Positions 62,901-64,000 of a stretch of DNA of 64,000 nt are shown here, one piece after another. The DNA comes from Marsupella aquatica (taxonomy: Eukaryota; Plantae; Marchantiophyta): the NCBI GenBank assembly GCA_973895155.1, contig OZ316895.1, positions 18,051,880 to 18,115,879 on the forward strand, given 5' to 3'. The position numbers and the translations under genes were made by a program. The notes under the pieces are model-generated. The model had not been told where the DNA came from. It worked only from the letters and a program-made list of their open reading frames with translations, and did no database searches. The first letter of the stretch is position 1; every line of letters begins with the position of its first letter.

Positions 62901-64000
62901 TCAGGCAAGGTCTTCCTGGTATCAACTTTGGTCTTATTGCCTATCGGCAGGCCAAACACTTCGGCAATTACCTTGGGAGTAAGATAGAAATCCTTCCCAT
63001 ATATCCTCGTGCAATTGGTCTCGGGTTCCCATGACCCCACGAATTCTAATAGGTCTGACTCCGGTACCTCCGGCTTCAGCCATGGTAATCTTACAAAGGC
63101 CTCCAAGCCGGATCCGGCCATGAAGCCTTGGTACTTCTTGGTCTGCATGGCCGTAAAGCATGCATCCTCCTCCCGTGCAAAATGTAGTTGCACCTCCACC
63201 GGTAGGGTTGCCGCCCAGCCCTTCCAGGTGTCATCCCTGGTTGGAATGGCCTTGATGGGATCGACCTCCTCCTCTTCGGCTTCTCCCTGCCTCCTGTTCT
63301 GCTGCTCGGCTGGCTTCTTTGGTGCCGCTGACCTCGTTCTTTTTGCCGGGGTGGCTTCATCGTTGACGGCTCCCTTCCTCTTCATCTCTGCTGCCGTGGA
63401 GGTTTCTCCTAGCACCGTTGCCTGGGTCCACCTTTCCGTGCTACCCTTTAATTCCCAATGTATGTCGTTGCAGTTCTTGATGGCCTCTCGGATGCCGACG
63501 ACGTTGTCTTTGCAAAACAGAAGATCGTCGAGTTGATTGGAAGTAGGCGTCCACAGGAACTCGTCCTTGATGAGTTCGCCTCCTAAGAAAGCCGTCTTCT
63601 GCAGCTCCCACAATCGAGCGAGCTCCTGCCGTTCTCGAGCTGCCCTTTCTGGCTCCTCGTCCTCGTAAGTCTTGATGTACTCAGTTGCCCGTTCGAACAG
63701 GCATCCCCAGAAATGTGCCGCTTGATTGACGTTGCTCATACCCTCCTTAGGTCGATCGTCGGTATCTACTCTCTCCCCGAGTGCTTGCCTAAGCAGCTGA
63801 CAGTAGTTGGCCTCCCGTAGTCGTCTGCCTAGTTCGTGCTCGCAAATGAGCCACCATCTCCTGCAAGCGCTCCTTACCCCTCTCCTCCGCCGGTCCTTCT
63901 TCCCGTTGATCCTTCCTAGCCGCCGACGCTTAACGCGCCCTAACCCTAATCGGGTTTTCACCCTCAGCCTTACCTCCGGCCTCGGCCCGGGTTCCATGGT
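59946..64000 (-). mobile_element. Family-A giant LTR (3' or solo LTR) inserted in the CACTA accessory-gene intron, running off the right edge
   Basis: Reverse complement of the element A LTR, ending ..GCACCACA at 59946 with no PBS after it. Confidence 0.95.
60867..63997 (-). pseudogene. Family-A LTR ORF with a 501-bp in-frame deletion, a stop at 61766 and a 1-bp frameshift near 61685
   Basis: The 743-aa and 264-aa ORFs match the 1211-aa protein. Confidence 0.92.

Overview
The window is transposon-saturated eukaryotic DNA with plant-type element families and no recognisable host gene; a non-seed plant such as a bryophyte is my guess, not shown. It resolves into three nests. (1) A Ty3/Gypsy 'family A' element (27313-42860, TSD AGGTC) has 4663-bp LTRs, each with an open 1211-codon ORF. 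It sits in a Bianca-type Ty1/Copia (25447-47191, TG..TA LTRs, TSD CTAGG), which sits in a LINE. (2) A degenerate second Gypsy, 'family B' (5100-20654, minus, TSD TTCAG), has LTRs that also encode a related ~870-codon protein, and a 2.7-kb solo LTR interrupts its gag. (3) A CACTA/EnSpm transposon starts at 51772; its TnpD first intron contains a SET-domain exon, and it has a divergently oriented TnpA-like gene hit by another family-A LTR. The two strongest candidates for undescribed systems are protein-coding giant LTRs and a CACTA-encoded SET-domain protein sharing exon 1 with the transposase. Everything was read by eye; no database searches were run, so novelty is unverified.
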